Source: Candidatus Sumerlaeaceae bacterium
GTDB taxonomy: Bacteria > Sumerlaeota > Sumerlaeia > Sumerlaeales > Sumerlaeaceae
Reading direction: 5' to 3'
NCBI GenBank assembly: GCA_049968255.1
Contig: JBMFRB010000002.1
Span: 1-64,000 of the forward strand
Length of the DNA: 64,000 nucleotides
How positions within the stretch are numbered: the stretch's first letter is position 1; every line of letters begins with the position of its first letter. The notes under the pieces were generated by a model. That model ran no database searches. It was not told the origin of the DNA and saw only the letters and a program-made list of their open reading frames with translations. A program made the translations under genes and the position numbers. Below are positions 56,162-64,000 of this stretch, one piece after another.

Positions 56162-56944
56162 CTAGGGGTGTTGCGAAGGCGGGATTTTCTCAAGCCTAGC
56201 GGAGCGTTTATGAATAACGGCATAGACGTGAGTCACAAGCCCGAAAAGAACGTAGATCGAAAAACCCGCGAACACCAAGGCGGGGATATAATTTTTTAGC
56301 AAGTAGATGATTGCCACCACCACAACAATAAGTGGCAAAATGTCGAATTGCCGGCGGTGCTCCAGACGCAATTGTTTCAAGCTAGGGTAGTTGATCGTGC
56401 TTACCATGAGATAAGAGATCAGCACCATAAGCACGGGCAAGATCTTGAGCACAAATTCGATATTCCAGTCGGGATCGAGCCACTGAAAAAACAGAAAGCT
56501 CGACACAATGACACCTGCTGCTGCTGGTATCGGCAACCCCGTGAAGCTCAGCTTTTCTATTCGTGACTTCTGCACGTTGTAGCGTGCCAGACGAAGTGCT
56601 CCGCAGACGACAAACAGCGCAGCAATGACTTCTGCAGCGTGGCGATTTTCCATCTCAATCAGCCGTGTGTATATAAGAACAGCTGGCGCCACGCCGAAAG
56701 CCACTAGATCCGCCAGCGAATCGAATTGGACACCGAAAGCGCTTTCGGTGCGCGTCATGCGCGCCACCCATCCGTCAAAGAAATCGAGAACGGCCGAAGC
56801 AAGAATAAGCCAGCACGAGATTTCGTAGCGGTAAGGTTCTGACTCGGCCGATTCCGCCACGTTGAAAACATTGAGAATTGCAAATACCCCGCAAAAAAGG
56901 CTCGCGCCTGTAAACAAGTTAGGTAAAAGGTAGACTTTTCTCAT
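56162..56944 (-). CDS. pssA: CDP-diacylglycerol--serine O-phosphatidyltransferase
   Basis: LLPNLFT, DFFDG.VAR..FGVQFDSLADLVAFGVAP, LRLARYN, FTGLPIP. Confidence 0.92.
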   Translation of the reverse strand: MRKVYLLPNLFTGASLFCGVFAILNVFNVAESAESEPYRYEISCWLILASAVLDFFDGWVARMTRTESAFGVQFDSLADLVAFGVAPAVLIYTRLIEMENRHAAEVIAALFVVCGALRLARYNVQKSRIEKLSFTGLPIPAAAGVIVSSFLFFQWLDPDWNIEFVLKILPVLMVLISYLMVSTINYPSLKQLRLEHRRQFDILPLIVVVVAIIYLLKNYIPALVFAGFSIYVLFGLVTHVYAVIHKRSARLEKIPPSQHP

Positions 56945-56947
56945 TGA

Positions 56948-57652
56948 TTACGACTTACCTGTGGGATTCTCGTCGCGTTGCAGCGTTCGTCTTAAAAGTA
57001 CCGTGCTCCTACCGCGGACCTTATCGCCGTATTGAACGCACGGCCTGTAAATCGTCGGCGCAAGAACTTCAACCCTGCTGCCAAAGCGTATGAGGCCGAT
57101 GGTCTCTCCGCGTTGAACTTGGTCCTGCGCCTCGAGCGGCGATACAATGCGGCGCGCAATCAGACCGGCAACCAGTTTCACAATGATTGGTTCTCCTGCC
57201 GACGTGCGTAGGTAAAGGATTTTTCGCTCGTTTTCCTCGCTGGATTTGTCCTCCATCGCATTGAGGAACCGGCCTGGAAAGTACTCTGTTTTTTCGACCA
57301 CTGCGTCGCACGGTGCCCAGTTGATGTGCACGTCAAAAAGCGACATGAATATGGCCACACGCATAGCTTGGCCACCAGGGAAGTGCGGATGCGCAACCTG
57401 GCTCACCGCGACAACTGTGCCGTCAGCCGGACATACCAAAGCATGCTCCTCGGAGGGCACAGGGCGTTGAGGATGCCGAAAAAACCATGCAATGTAGCCG
57501 CTGACGAGAAGCGAGAGCACGGAGAGAAAAAAACAAATTGCATGCGGCGGCAGCCAGACTCCTGCGGCAAACAAGAGCAAGGCCGTCACCAGCGAAATGA
57601 GCAAAAACGGTTGGGCCTCGCGTGCAATGGGGTGCGTCGTGGAAAATTTCAT
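56948..57652 (-). CDS. psd: Phosphatidylserine decarboxylase proenzyme
   Basis: FFRHP, CPADG, IFMS.FDVHIN, AGLIARRI, IRFGSRV self-cleavage motif. Confidence 0.92.
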   Translation of the reverse strand: MKFSTTHPIAREAQPFLLISLVTALLLFAAGVWLPPHAICFFLSVLSLLVSGYIAWFFRHPQRPVPSEEHALVCPADGTVVAVSQVAHPHFPGGQAMRVAIFMSLFDVHINWAPCDAVVEKTEYFPGRFLNAMEDKSSEENERKILYLRTSAGEPIIVKLVAGLIARRIVSPLEAQDQVQRGETIGLIRFGSRVEVLAPTIYRPCVQYGDKVRGRSTVLLRRTLQRDENPTGKS

Positions 57653-57655
57653 GGT

Positions 57656-59446
57656 TTAGCGCTTTCCCTGTTTTTTGCGAGTGTGTTTCGTCGCCCCGTT
57701 GTCCTTGGATTCCCGGCTAGCTTGACCGCGCCCTGGCTGGGTTGCGGTTGCCTCAAGATCAAGTTCGTTTGAGTCGCTCTGCGACGGCTCGGGCTGATCA
57801 TGCCCAGCAACAGAGGCGCTCACTTCCGTCATGGTAGGTGTGAGTGTTGTTTCTGGCGGTTTTGCATCGCCAGCATAGCGTGCGTTCGAACTCGACCGCC
57901 GATACAGGCGGATATTTGCAAGGTGCTCTTCATACGTTTCGGCAAAAGCATGCGAGCCATCGCCTTTGTAGACGTAATATAGATAATTTGTGCGCGCGGG
58001 CTGAAAGGTGGCTATCAGCGAACTGATGTGAGGATTGCAGATTGGGCCAGGTGGCAGCCCTTTGTGCAAGTATGTGTTATAAGCGCTACTCGTCTGCAGG
58101 TCCGCATAGGTGAGCCGCTTACCCCAGTCGCCGAGTGCATAATTTACTGCCGCGTCAATTTCTAGCTTCATCCCTTTCTTGAGGCGGTTGAAGATCACTG
58201 AAGCGATCAGGGGGCGCTCCGTGTCCAAGCGCGCCTCTCTTTCAATAAGCGAGGCCATGATGACGTGTTCGTGGAAACTTAAGGTGTCGCTGGTTTCCGT
58301 GCGTTCGATATTGGCAAGCGATGCTTCAGCTCGTTTGATGAAGTTCTCCACCATCATTCGGATGATGTCTTCTTCCTTCATGCCCGGTGCAAAGAAGTAA
58401 GTGTCGGGATAGAGATACCCCTCCAGCGAGGGCACCGAGAGTCCAAGCTTGGCGATGAAGTCGGGGTCATGAACCAGTGCTAAAAATTTCTCTTGGCTGA
58501 AGGAATCCAACTTTCGGCTGATAATGACTGCCGTTTCCTTCGCCGTTTTGCCTTCAGGGATAGTGACCTTAAAATCTTGCGAGCCTTCGATGAGCTTGTC
58601 GTAGATCTGGCTGAGGCTCATGCTTGAGTTCAGCCGGTAAACGCCACTTTTGATTTTGTTTGAGTTGTTGTTTAGCCAGGCTAAGTACTTGAGCAAAATT
58701 CCATCGTCGACGCCGAGGTACGAACCCAGCAATCCCTCTGCCCGCAGCTTTTCGATGATATGAGACAGTCTCTCCCCTGGTGCCACGGTGAGAACAACCG
58801 TCTGGTTCGTGTCAAACTGAATGTTGTAAAGGCGGTCCGAAGCGTAGCGGTAATAGAGTGCTGTAAAAATAATAAGCGCGAATACGCTTGCGACAATAAG
58901 CCACCAAAAGAGGTTCACGAGTTGGCCAAAAAACGATCGTTTTCTGCGCTGCTTGCTGGCGGGAACCTCTTGCGTTTCTTCACAAGGGGGCAAGATGCGG
59001 TGGGCTACTGAGGGAAAGGTTGGCGATGTGCCGCCGCTTGCAACCGCTTCCTCTTGAGCCGTTGGCGGTGGAGAGGTTTCCTGCACGGGGGGTGCGACGG
59101 CGCCGAAGGACACTTCTGATGGTTGGAAGGACGCAGGCCCATTGGCGCCATTCTTGTTATCACCTAACTGCGCTGCTGAGGCGTTCTCTGCCGCGACAGA
59201 TGTGATAGGGGGGGAGGATGCCTCGCGTTGGTTCGGCTCTGGCTCGTGGCCAAAGGCGCGATCCCGATTTTGTTCCATTGCTACCGGCGGTACAATGTTG
59301 GGGTCTTCATCCTGCCAAAAAGCCACGGGCAACTCTGCTGTCTCATCCGGCTCAGGCGACGCCGGAACCTTCGCCCCCGGCTGTGGCTCGCTCGTCGGTT
59401 CGGCAGCATTTCCCGTGGGTTTATTTTGTCTGTTTTTCTCGTCCAA
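57656..59446 (-). CDS. mltG: Endolytic transglycosylase MltG with long disordered N- and C-terminal extensions
   Basis: VTIPEG, LEGYLYPDTY, MASLIEREA, FNRL..GM.L, YNTY..GLPPGPICNP. Confidence 0.9.
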   Translation of the reverse strand: MDEKNRQNKPTGNAAEPTSEPQPGAKVPASPEPDETAELPVAFWQDEDPNIVPPVAMEQNRDRAFGHEPEPNQREASSPPITSVAAENASAAQLGDNKNGANGPASFQPSEVSFGAVAPPVQETSPPPTAQEEAVASGGTSPTFPSVAHRILPPCEETQEVPASKQRRKRSFFGQLVNLFWWLIVASVFALIIFTALYYRYASDRLYNIQFDTNQTVVLTVAPGERLSHIIEKLRAEGLLGSYLGVDDGILLKYLAWLNNNSNKIKSGVYRLNSSMSLSQIYDKLIEGSQDFKVTIPEGKTAKETAVIISRKLDSFSQEKFLALVHDPDFIAKLGLSVPSLEGYLYPDTYFFAPGMKEEDIIRMMVENFIKRAEASLANIERTETSDTLSFHEHVIMASLIEREARLDTERPLIASVIFNRLKKGMKLEIDAAVNYALGDWGKRLTYADLQTSSAYNTYLHKGLPPGPICNPHISSLIATFQPARTNYLYYVYKGDGSHAFAETYEEHLANIRLYRRSSSNARYAGDAKPPETTLTPTMTEVSASVAGHDQPEPSQSDSNELDLEATATQPGRGQASRESKDNGATKHTRKKQGKR

Positions 59447-59589
59447 TGAAGCAGCTCTCCTCGCTCGGGAGGTGGAAGTGGAATTGCGTCACTTCAACGT
59501 GTTTGCGCTGTTACACTCTTCTTTTCATTGACGCCACTCCAGCACCTTTGTAGCAATTTCTATTCACAAGCGTGAAGGGACACAAGAGA

Positions 59590-60759
59590 ATGCTCAAGCG
59601 CGTTGAATTAGAACAGCTCGAATACCAGATTCTTGCACCTTATGCGATGAAAAGTGCGGAAACGCTGGGACGGGATTACCCACTCGAGCCCGATGAATTT
59701 CGCACGGAGTTCCAGCGCGATCGGGATCGTATTATCCATTCCACCGCTTTCCGAAAACTTGAATACAAGACGCAGGTCTACATGGTTCACTACGGCGACT
59801 ACTTCCGCACCCGCCTGACTCATACGATGGAAGTGGCGCAAATCGCACGGACTCTGGCGCGTAGCCTGCGCCTTAATGGGGATCTTACGGAGGCGATCGC
59901 TCTTGCTCACGATCTGGGGCATACTCCATTTGGCCATAGCGGGGAAATTGCGCTAAAGCGACTGCTCCAAGGGGAAGCCGGCTTCGAGCACAACGAACAA
60001 GGTCTACGCGTCGTCGAGTATCTTGAAGAACGTTATCCCGATGTCCCAGGTTTGAACCTGACATGGGAAGTTCGAGAGGGAATCATCAAACATGACACAG
60101 AGTATGATTCGCCTCATGTGCCGGAGCGTTTCAAGCCGAATTGGGCGCCCACACTCGAAGCCCAGGTGTGCGACGTTGCGGATGAGATCGCTTATAACAA
60201 CCACGATATAGATGATGCGCTGAAGATGGGACTCATCGCGGTGAAGGATCTTCGCGAAGTCGAGTGGGTGTGGGAGATTTTTCAACAGGCCAGGAAAGAG
60301 GTCGGGGACGAGCGCCCAGAAAAGTTCGTCAAATATCGTGCAATCGGCACCCTCATTGACATGCAGGTCGCCGATGCACTGCGCACGACGATGCAGAACA
60401 TCGAGCGACTAAAAATCAGCTCTGTTCAAGATGTGCGCCACTGCAAGCAAAAGATTGTCTCCATGAGCAAAGAGATGCTGGAAAAAAATCGTGTGCTGAA
60501 AGACTTCTTGATGCGGCGAGTCTATCGGCATCCGTATGTTGTGCGCATGGCCACAAAAGCAGAACGTTTCATCGAAAAGATGTTCCTCCTCTATCGCAAC
60601 ACGCCAGAGCAGCTACCGCTAAAATATCAGGCTCGGATCGAGCGCGACGGCCTCGTGCGCGTCATTGTGGATTACCTCAGTGGAATGACCGACCGCTATC
60701 TGCTCGACGAATACATCAAGGCTTTCGAGCCAGAGGAGAAATTTCTCGGGCGCCTATGA
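59590..60759 (+). CDS. dgt: Deoxyguanosinetriphosphate triphosphohydrolase
   Basis: FQRDRDRIIHS.AFRKL..KTQV, RTRLTH, HDLGHTPFGH.GE, DYLSGMTD. Confidence 0.93.
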   Translation: MLKRVELEQLEYQILAPYAMKSAETLGRDYPLEPDEFRTEFQRDRDRIIHSTAFRKLEYKTQVYMVHYGDYFRTRLTHTMEVAQIARTLARSLRLNGDLTEAIALAHDLGHTPFGHSGEIALKRLLQGEAGFEHNEQGLRVVEYLEERYPDVPGLNLTWEVREGIIKHDTEYDSPHVPERFKPNWAPTLEAQVCDVADEIAYNNHDIDDALKMGLIAVKDLREVEWVWEIFQQARKEVGDERPEKFVKYRAIGTLIDMQVADALRTTMQNIERLKISSVQDVRHCKQKIVSMSKEMLEKNRVLKDFLMRRVYRHPYVVRMATKAERFIEKMFLLYRNTPEQLPLKYQARIERDGLVRVIVDYLSGMTDRYLLDEYIKAFEPEEKFLGRL

Positions 60760-61982
60760 CGTGGGATCGCGACTATTTGGCGCTGCGCGACGAGATTCTC
60801 TCTTTTGTGAACATGCCGTTTCTAGACATTCCCGCTTATGCGGCGCATCCTCTCGCCGACGAAGAATGCTTCAATAGTCTCGCGCTGCGGATTTTTAAGT
60901 TCCAGCTGCACTATAACCCCCTTTATAGGTCCTATGCCGAGCAGCTCCGAAGGACGACACCTGCGAACTGGCGGGAAATACCTTCCCTCTGGACAAGCGC
61001 ATTCAAACGGGCTCGCGTGACAACCTTCCCTCCTGACAAGACCGTCTGCTTTTTTAAAACAAGCGGGACAACGGAGGGCGAAAGCGGGATCCACGAATTC
61101 TGCGATCGAGAACTCTATCGTCGTGGAGCGCTTACATTTTTTCGTGCGGCCCTGCTAGCTGATAACCTACGGATGAAGTTATTTCTCCTGACGCCACCGC
61201 CTGTTGAGGCGCCTCACAGCAGTCTTGTGTTTATGCTCGAGGCTATTCGGAAAAAGTTTGCAGCTCAGGCATCGCGCTACTACCTGCGCCGTGGCAGGTT
61301 GAACAGTCACGCTTTGATTCAGGGGCTTATTGATGCATGTCGCAAAGACCAGCCAGTCTTTCTTCTTGGGACGGCTTTCGCATTTGCTTTCCTTTTGCAG
61401 GATCTTTCTCGTCTAGCGCTGCGTCTGTGCCTACCGCGTGGAAGCCGTATCATGGAGACTGGGGGATTCAAAGGTCGTGTGAAAGAGATTCCTCGCGACG
61501 AATTTTACGCTCAGCTCGAGGAAGCTCTCGGCATCCCACGCTCGCACATTGTTAACGAGTACGGCATGACTGAACTTTCGTCGCAGTTCTACGACAGAGG
61601 GTTGGCGGAAACATTAACTGGCCGGCGCGTGCCCGTTGCTGAGATGAGCCTTAAGGTGGGGCCACCTTGGACACGTGTGCTCATTGTCGATCCTATCACT
61701 GGCGAGGAAGTGCCGCCGGGAAAGCGCGGCCTGATTCGAGTTTATGATCTTGCGAACCTCGGCAGTGTTGTGGCGATTCAGACTGAGGATATCGGGGTGC
61801 GCTGCGAGTGCGGGTTTGAAATTCTCGGTCGAGCCCCTTCAGCACCGCCACGCGGCTGCTCGCTCGATGCCGAAACATTATTTACGGGAGATTTGCACAA
61901 TGAAAGGGTCGCCGTTCGAAAGGATCGAGGCAGCACCGCCAGATCCAATTCTCGGACTCACCGAGGCATTCAACGCGGATAA
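60756..61982 (+). CDS. LuxE-like acyl-protein synthetase
   Basis: AFK, FKTSGTT, METGGFKG, EYGMTELSSQ, DLAN, QTEDIG, EILGR..RGCS (C-terminal acylation Cys). Confidence 0.82.
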   Translation: MTWDRDYLALRDEILSFVNMPFLDIPAYAAHPLADEECFNSLALRIFKFQLHYNPLYRSYAEQLRRTTPANWREIPSLWTSAFKRARVTTFPPDKTVCFFKTSGTTEGESGIHEFCDRELYRRGALTFFRAALLADNLRMKLFLLTPPPVEAPHSSLVFMLEAIRKKFAAQASRYYLRRGRLNSHALIQGLIDACRKDQPVFLLGTAFAFAFLLQDLSRLALRLCLPRGSRIMETGGFKGRVKEIPRDEFYAQLEEALGIPRSHIVNEYGMTELSSQFYDRGLAETLTGRRVPVAEMSLKVGPPWTRVLIVDPITGEEVPPGKRGLIRVYDLANLGSVVAIQTEDIGVRCECGFEILGRAPSAPPRGCSLDAETLFTGDLHNERVAVRKDRGSTARSNSRTHRGIQRG

Positions 61983-63120
61983 AAATCCGAACAAAGTGAA
62001 CTTAGGCGTTGGGGTTTATCAGGACGAAAACGGCCGCGTTCCTGTCCTGTCGACAGTCCGCGAAGCCGAGCGTCGCTGGTATGAAAAGGAGGATTCTAAG
62101 TCCTATCTGCCGATTGATGGTGTGCCAGCTTATAACCGGGCAGTCAAAGAACTCCTCTTCGGCGCTAACGCTGATGGTGTGAAAGAAGGTCGTGTTGTTA
62201 CCGTTCAGGCGCTGGGTGGGACAGGAGCTCTTCGCGTCGGAGCTGATTTCCTCAAGCGCTTTTTTCCAAACGCGAAGGTTTGGATCAGCGATCCGTCGTG
62301 GGAAAATCATCGTGCCCTCTTTGAGGCTGCAGGATTTCAAGTTGCGACGTATCCGTACTATGATCCGACGACGCATGGACTCCGTTTCGATGCCATGCTC
62401 GAACATGTCGGAACAATTCCTGATGGGGACGTGCTTTTGCTTCATGCTTCGTGTCACAATCCCACGGGGGTGGATTTGTCAGAAGAGCAATGGGCAAAGC
62501 TTGCAGATGTGCTAGTAGGAAAACAAATTATTCCATTCGTCGACTTTGCCTATCAGGGCTTTTATCAGGGGCTTGAGGAGGACGCTTTTGCTGTTCGCCT
62601 CTTCGCAGCGAAGGGCTTGAAATTTCTGGTCGCCAGCTCCTTCTCGAAAAATTTCTCGCTCTATCGTGAGCGCGTTGGAGCACTGTCATTTATCACCGAG
62701 AGCGAAGAGGAGGCAAAGCGCGTCCTTAGTCAAGTCAAGCGGGTGATCCGCACGAATTGGTCGAATCCACCTTCGCATGGTGCCCAAGTGGTTGCTTTGG
62801 TGCTCAATGATCCAGAACTCAAGGCGAAGTGGGAAGGCGAAGTGGCCCAGATGCGCGATCGAATTCGTAAAATGAGGCGCCTTTTTGTGGAAACGCTTCG
62901 CGAGAAAGGACTCGATCGCGATTTCAGCTTTATTGAGCGCCAGAACGGCATGTTTTCCTTTTCCGGGTTAGAACCGCACGTGGTTGAATGTTTGCGCAAC
63001 GAATTCAGCCTTTACATTGTGCGCAGCGGCCGAATTTGCGTCGCAGCCATGAATGAGAGGAACATTGACTATATCTGCGATGCAATCGCACGTGCTTTGA
63101 AAGGGCAATCCGGAGGCTAG
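61900..63120 (+). CDS. aspC: Aspartate/aromatic amino acid aminotransferase
   Basis: PPDPILGL, NLGVGVY, GGTGAL, CHNPTG, DFAYQG, SFSKNF; ATG 61900 after GGGAG. Confidence 0.92.
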   Translation: MKGSPFERIEAAPPDPILGLTEAFNADKNPNKVNLGVGVYQDENGRVPVLSTVREAERRWYEKEDSKSYLPIDGVPAYNRAVKELLFGANADGVKEGRVVTVQALGGTGALRVGADFLKRFFPNAKVWISDPSWENHRALFEAAGFQVATYPYYDPTTHGLRFDAMLEHVGTIPDGDVLLLHASCHNPTGVDLSEEQWAKLADVLVGKQIIPFVDFAYQGFYQGLEEDAFAVRLFAAKGLKFLVASSFSKNFSLYRERVGALSFITESEEEAKRVLSQVKRVIRTNWSNPPSHGAQVVALVLNDPELKAKWEGEVAQMRDRIRKMRRLFVETLREKGLDRDFSFIERQNGMFSFSGLEPHVVECLRNEFSLYIVRSGRICVAAMNERNIDYICDAIARALKGQSGG

Positions 63121-63165
63121 GCCACCGGTGAGGGCCGCACTGTTTGCTCAGGAGCAGAATAACGC

Positions 63166-64000
63166 ATGACGTGGGATGAGGTGCGAGCGGAAGCCCGGGC
63201 CGTGGCACGTTCGCCTGAGGAGCGAGAGTCTCTCGAACGAGCGCTCGATGCCATTAAGGGCAACCAGCGAGCCGAAGACCCCTCGGGCAAAATGCTGCGT
63301 GTTATAGTGAAAGCGATGTTCCGCACTCCTCATCCCGCGGGCGCCCTTGTGCTGTTCGAGCGCTATTTCTCGGCCCTTCCAGAAAGGGATGAGTTTGTTC
63401 GCCGACTTGAGAGTGCGCCACAGGCCGAGCAAATCCTCGCGGCTGTCTTTGGGTTTTCTGAGTTTCTGTCGAATGTTCTGATTCGCGAGCCTGAGCTTTT
63501 GTGGTGGCTTGCCCAGCCTGGCGAGCTGCAGTCGGATAAACCCCGCGAAATGTTTTTCCAAGGGGCGGAGCAACATGTCGCGCCTTATGAGACATTCGAG
63601 GAGCGCCATATTGCCCTGTGCCAATGGAGAAATCGCGAGCTACTGCGCGTGGGCGTGCGTGATGTGCTCCGGCTAGCAACCATCGAGCAGGTCACGCGAG
63701 AAATTTCCGACATTGCTCACGCCTGTGTCCATGTGGCGGCCCAGACAGCGTGGGAGGAACTGGTTGAACGCTACGGGGTGCCTCTTGTCGAAAGCGGTCT
63801 GCAGCCGACCCATCCTGCCGGAATGTGCGTGCTTGGCATGGGCAAACTCGGCGGGCGAGAACTCAACTTCTCTTCCGACATAGATCTCATTTTCATCTAC
63901 GACGCCGAGGGCGAAACAACGGGCCAAACATCTCCCAGCCGGAAAGGTGTGCGAATCAGCAACCACGAGTTTTTTAACAAGATGGGGGAGAAGATTGTAA
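63166..64000 (+). CDS. glnE: Glutamine synthetase adenylyltransferase, 3'-truncated by window edge (not in ORF track)
   Basis: My translation from ATG 63166 (after AGGAG) gives ..SEFLSNVLIREP..RELLRVGVRD..ISDIA..LGMGKLGGRELNFSSDIDLIFIY. Confidence 0.9.
   Translation, partial: MTWDEVRAEARAVARSPEERESLERALDAIKGNQRAEDPSGKMLRVIVKAMFRTPHPAGALVLFERYFSALPERDEFVRRLESAPQAEQILAAVFGFSEFLSNVLIREPELLWWLAQPGELQSDKPREMFFQGAEQHVAPYETFEERHIALCQWRNRELLRVGVRDVLRLATIEQVTREISDIAHACVHVAAQTAWEELVERYGVPLVESGLQPTHPAGMCVLGMGKLGGRELNFSSDIDLIFIYDAEGETTGQTSPSRKGVRISNHEFFNKMGEKIV

Noticed and set aside
52707-61982. Bioluminescence (lux-rib) operon
   Set aside because: No luxA/luxB/luxD/luxG in the window, and luxC and luxE are in different transcription units
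60756-63177. luxE-like gene and glnE both begin ATGACGTGGGAT (MTWD)
   Set aside because: Only 12 nt with no further similarity; treated as coincidence

Overview
Bacterial chromosomal window, densely coding, mostly housekeeping and envelope genes. I saw no integrase, transposase, prophage or CRISPR array. It contains the 3' part of tRNA-Asp(GTC), a complete tmRNA (tag ADQELALAA), alaS, valS, nadC, korAB, ribE/ribBA, pssA/psd, mltG, a dGTPase, aspC and the 5' part of glnE. It also holds several signalling genes: two histidine kinases, two sigma-54 activators and two FHA proteins. Two exported proteins end in short C-terminal tags (..PVTLSQLMIE and ..ACDWMLYD) that I associate from memory with Sumerlaeota (BRC1); this taxonomy is an inference. 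The most unusual element is a non-canonical T2SS/T4P-like machine: a PilB/GspE ATPase, a PilM-PilN fusion with no recognisable PilO/PilP, and a ~1500-aa TPR-bearing secretin with a domain inserted in its last N-domain and a (GGTTT)n insertion in the predicted gate. Nearby is a GspG-head-like protein that lacks a prepilin motif but carries one of the tags, placed after a PEP-CTERM-like regulatory/glycosylation cluster. Other oddities are a cyanobacterial-type BioU, LuxC- and LuxE-like genes without luciferase flanking rib and phospholipid genes, an orphan SxtJ/SxtK-like pair and a decaying D-aminoacylase pseudogene. All calls come from motif recognition by eye; no database searches were run.
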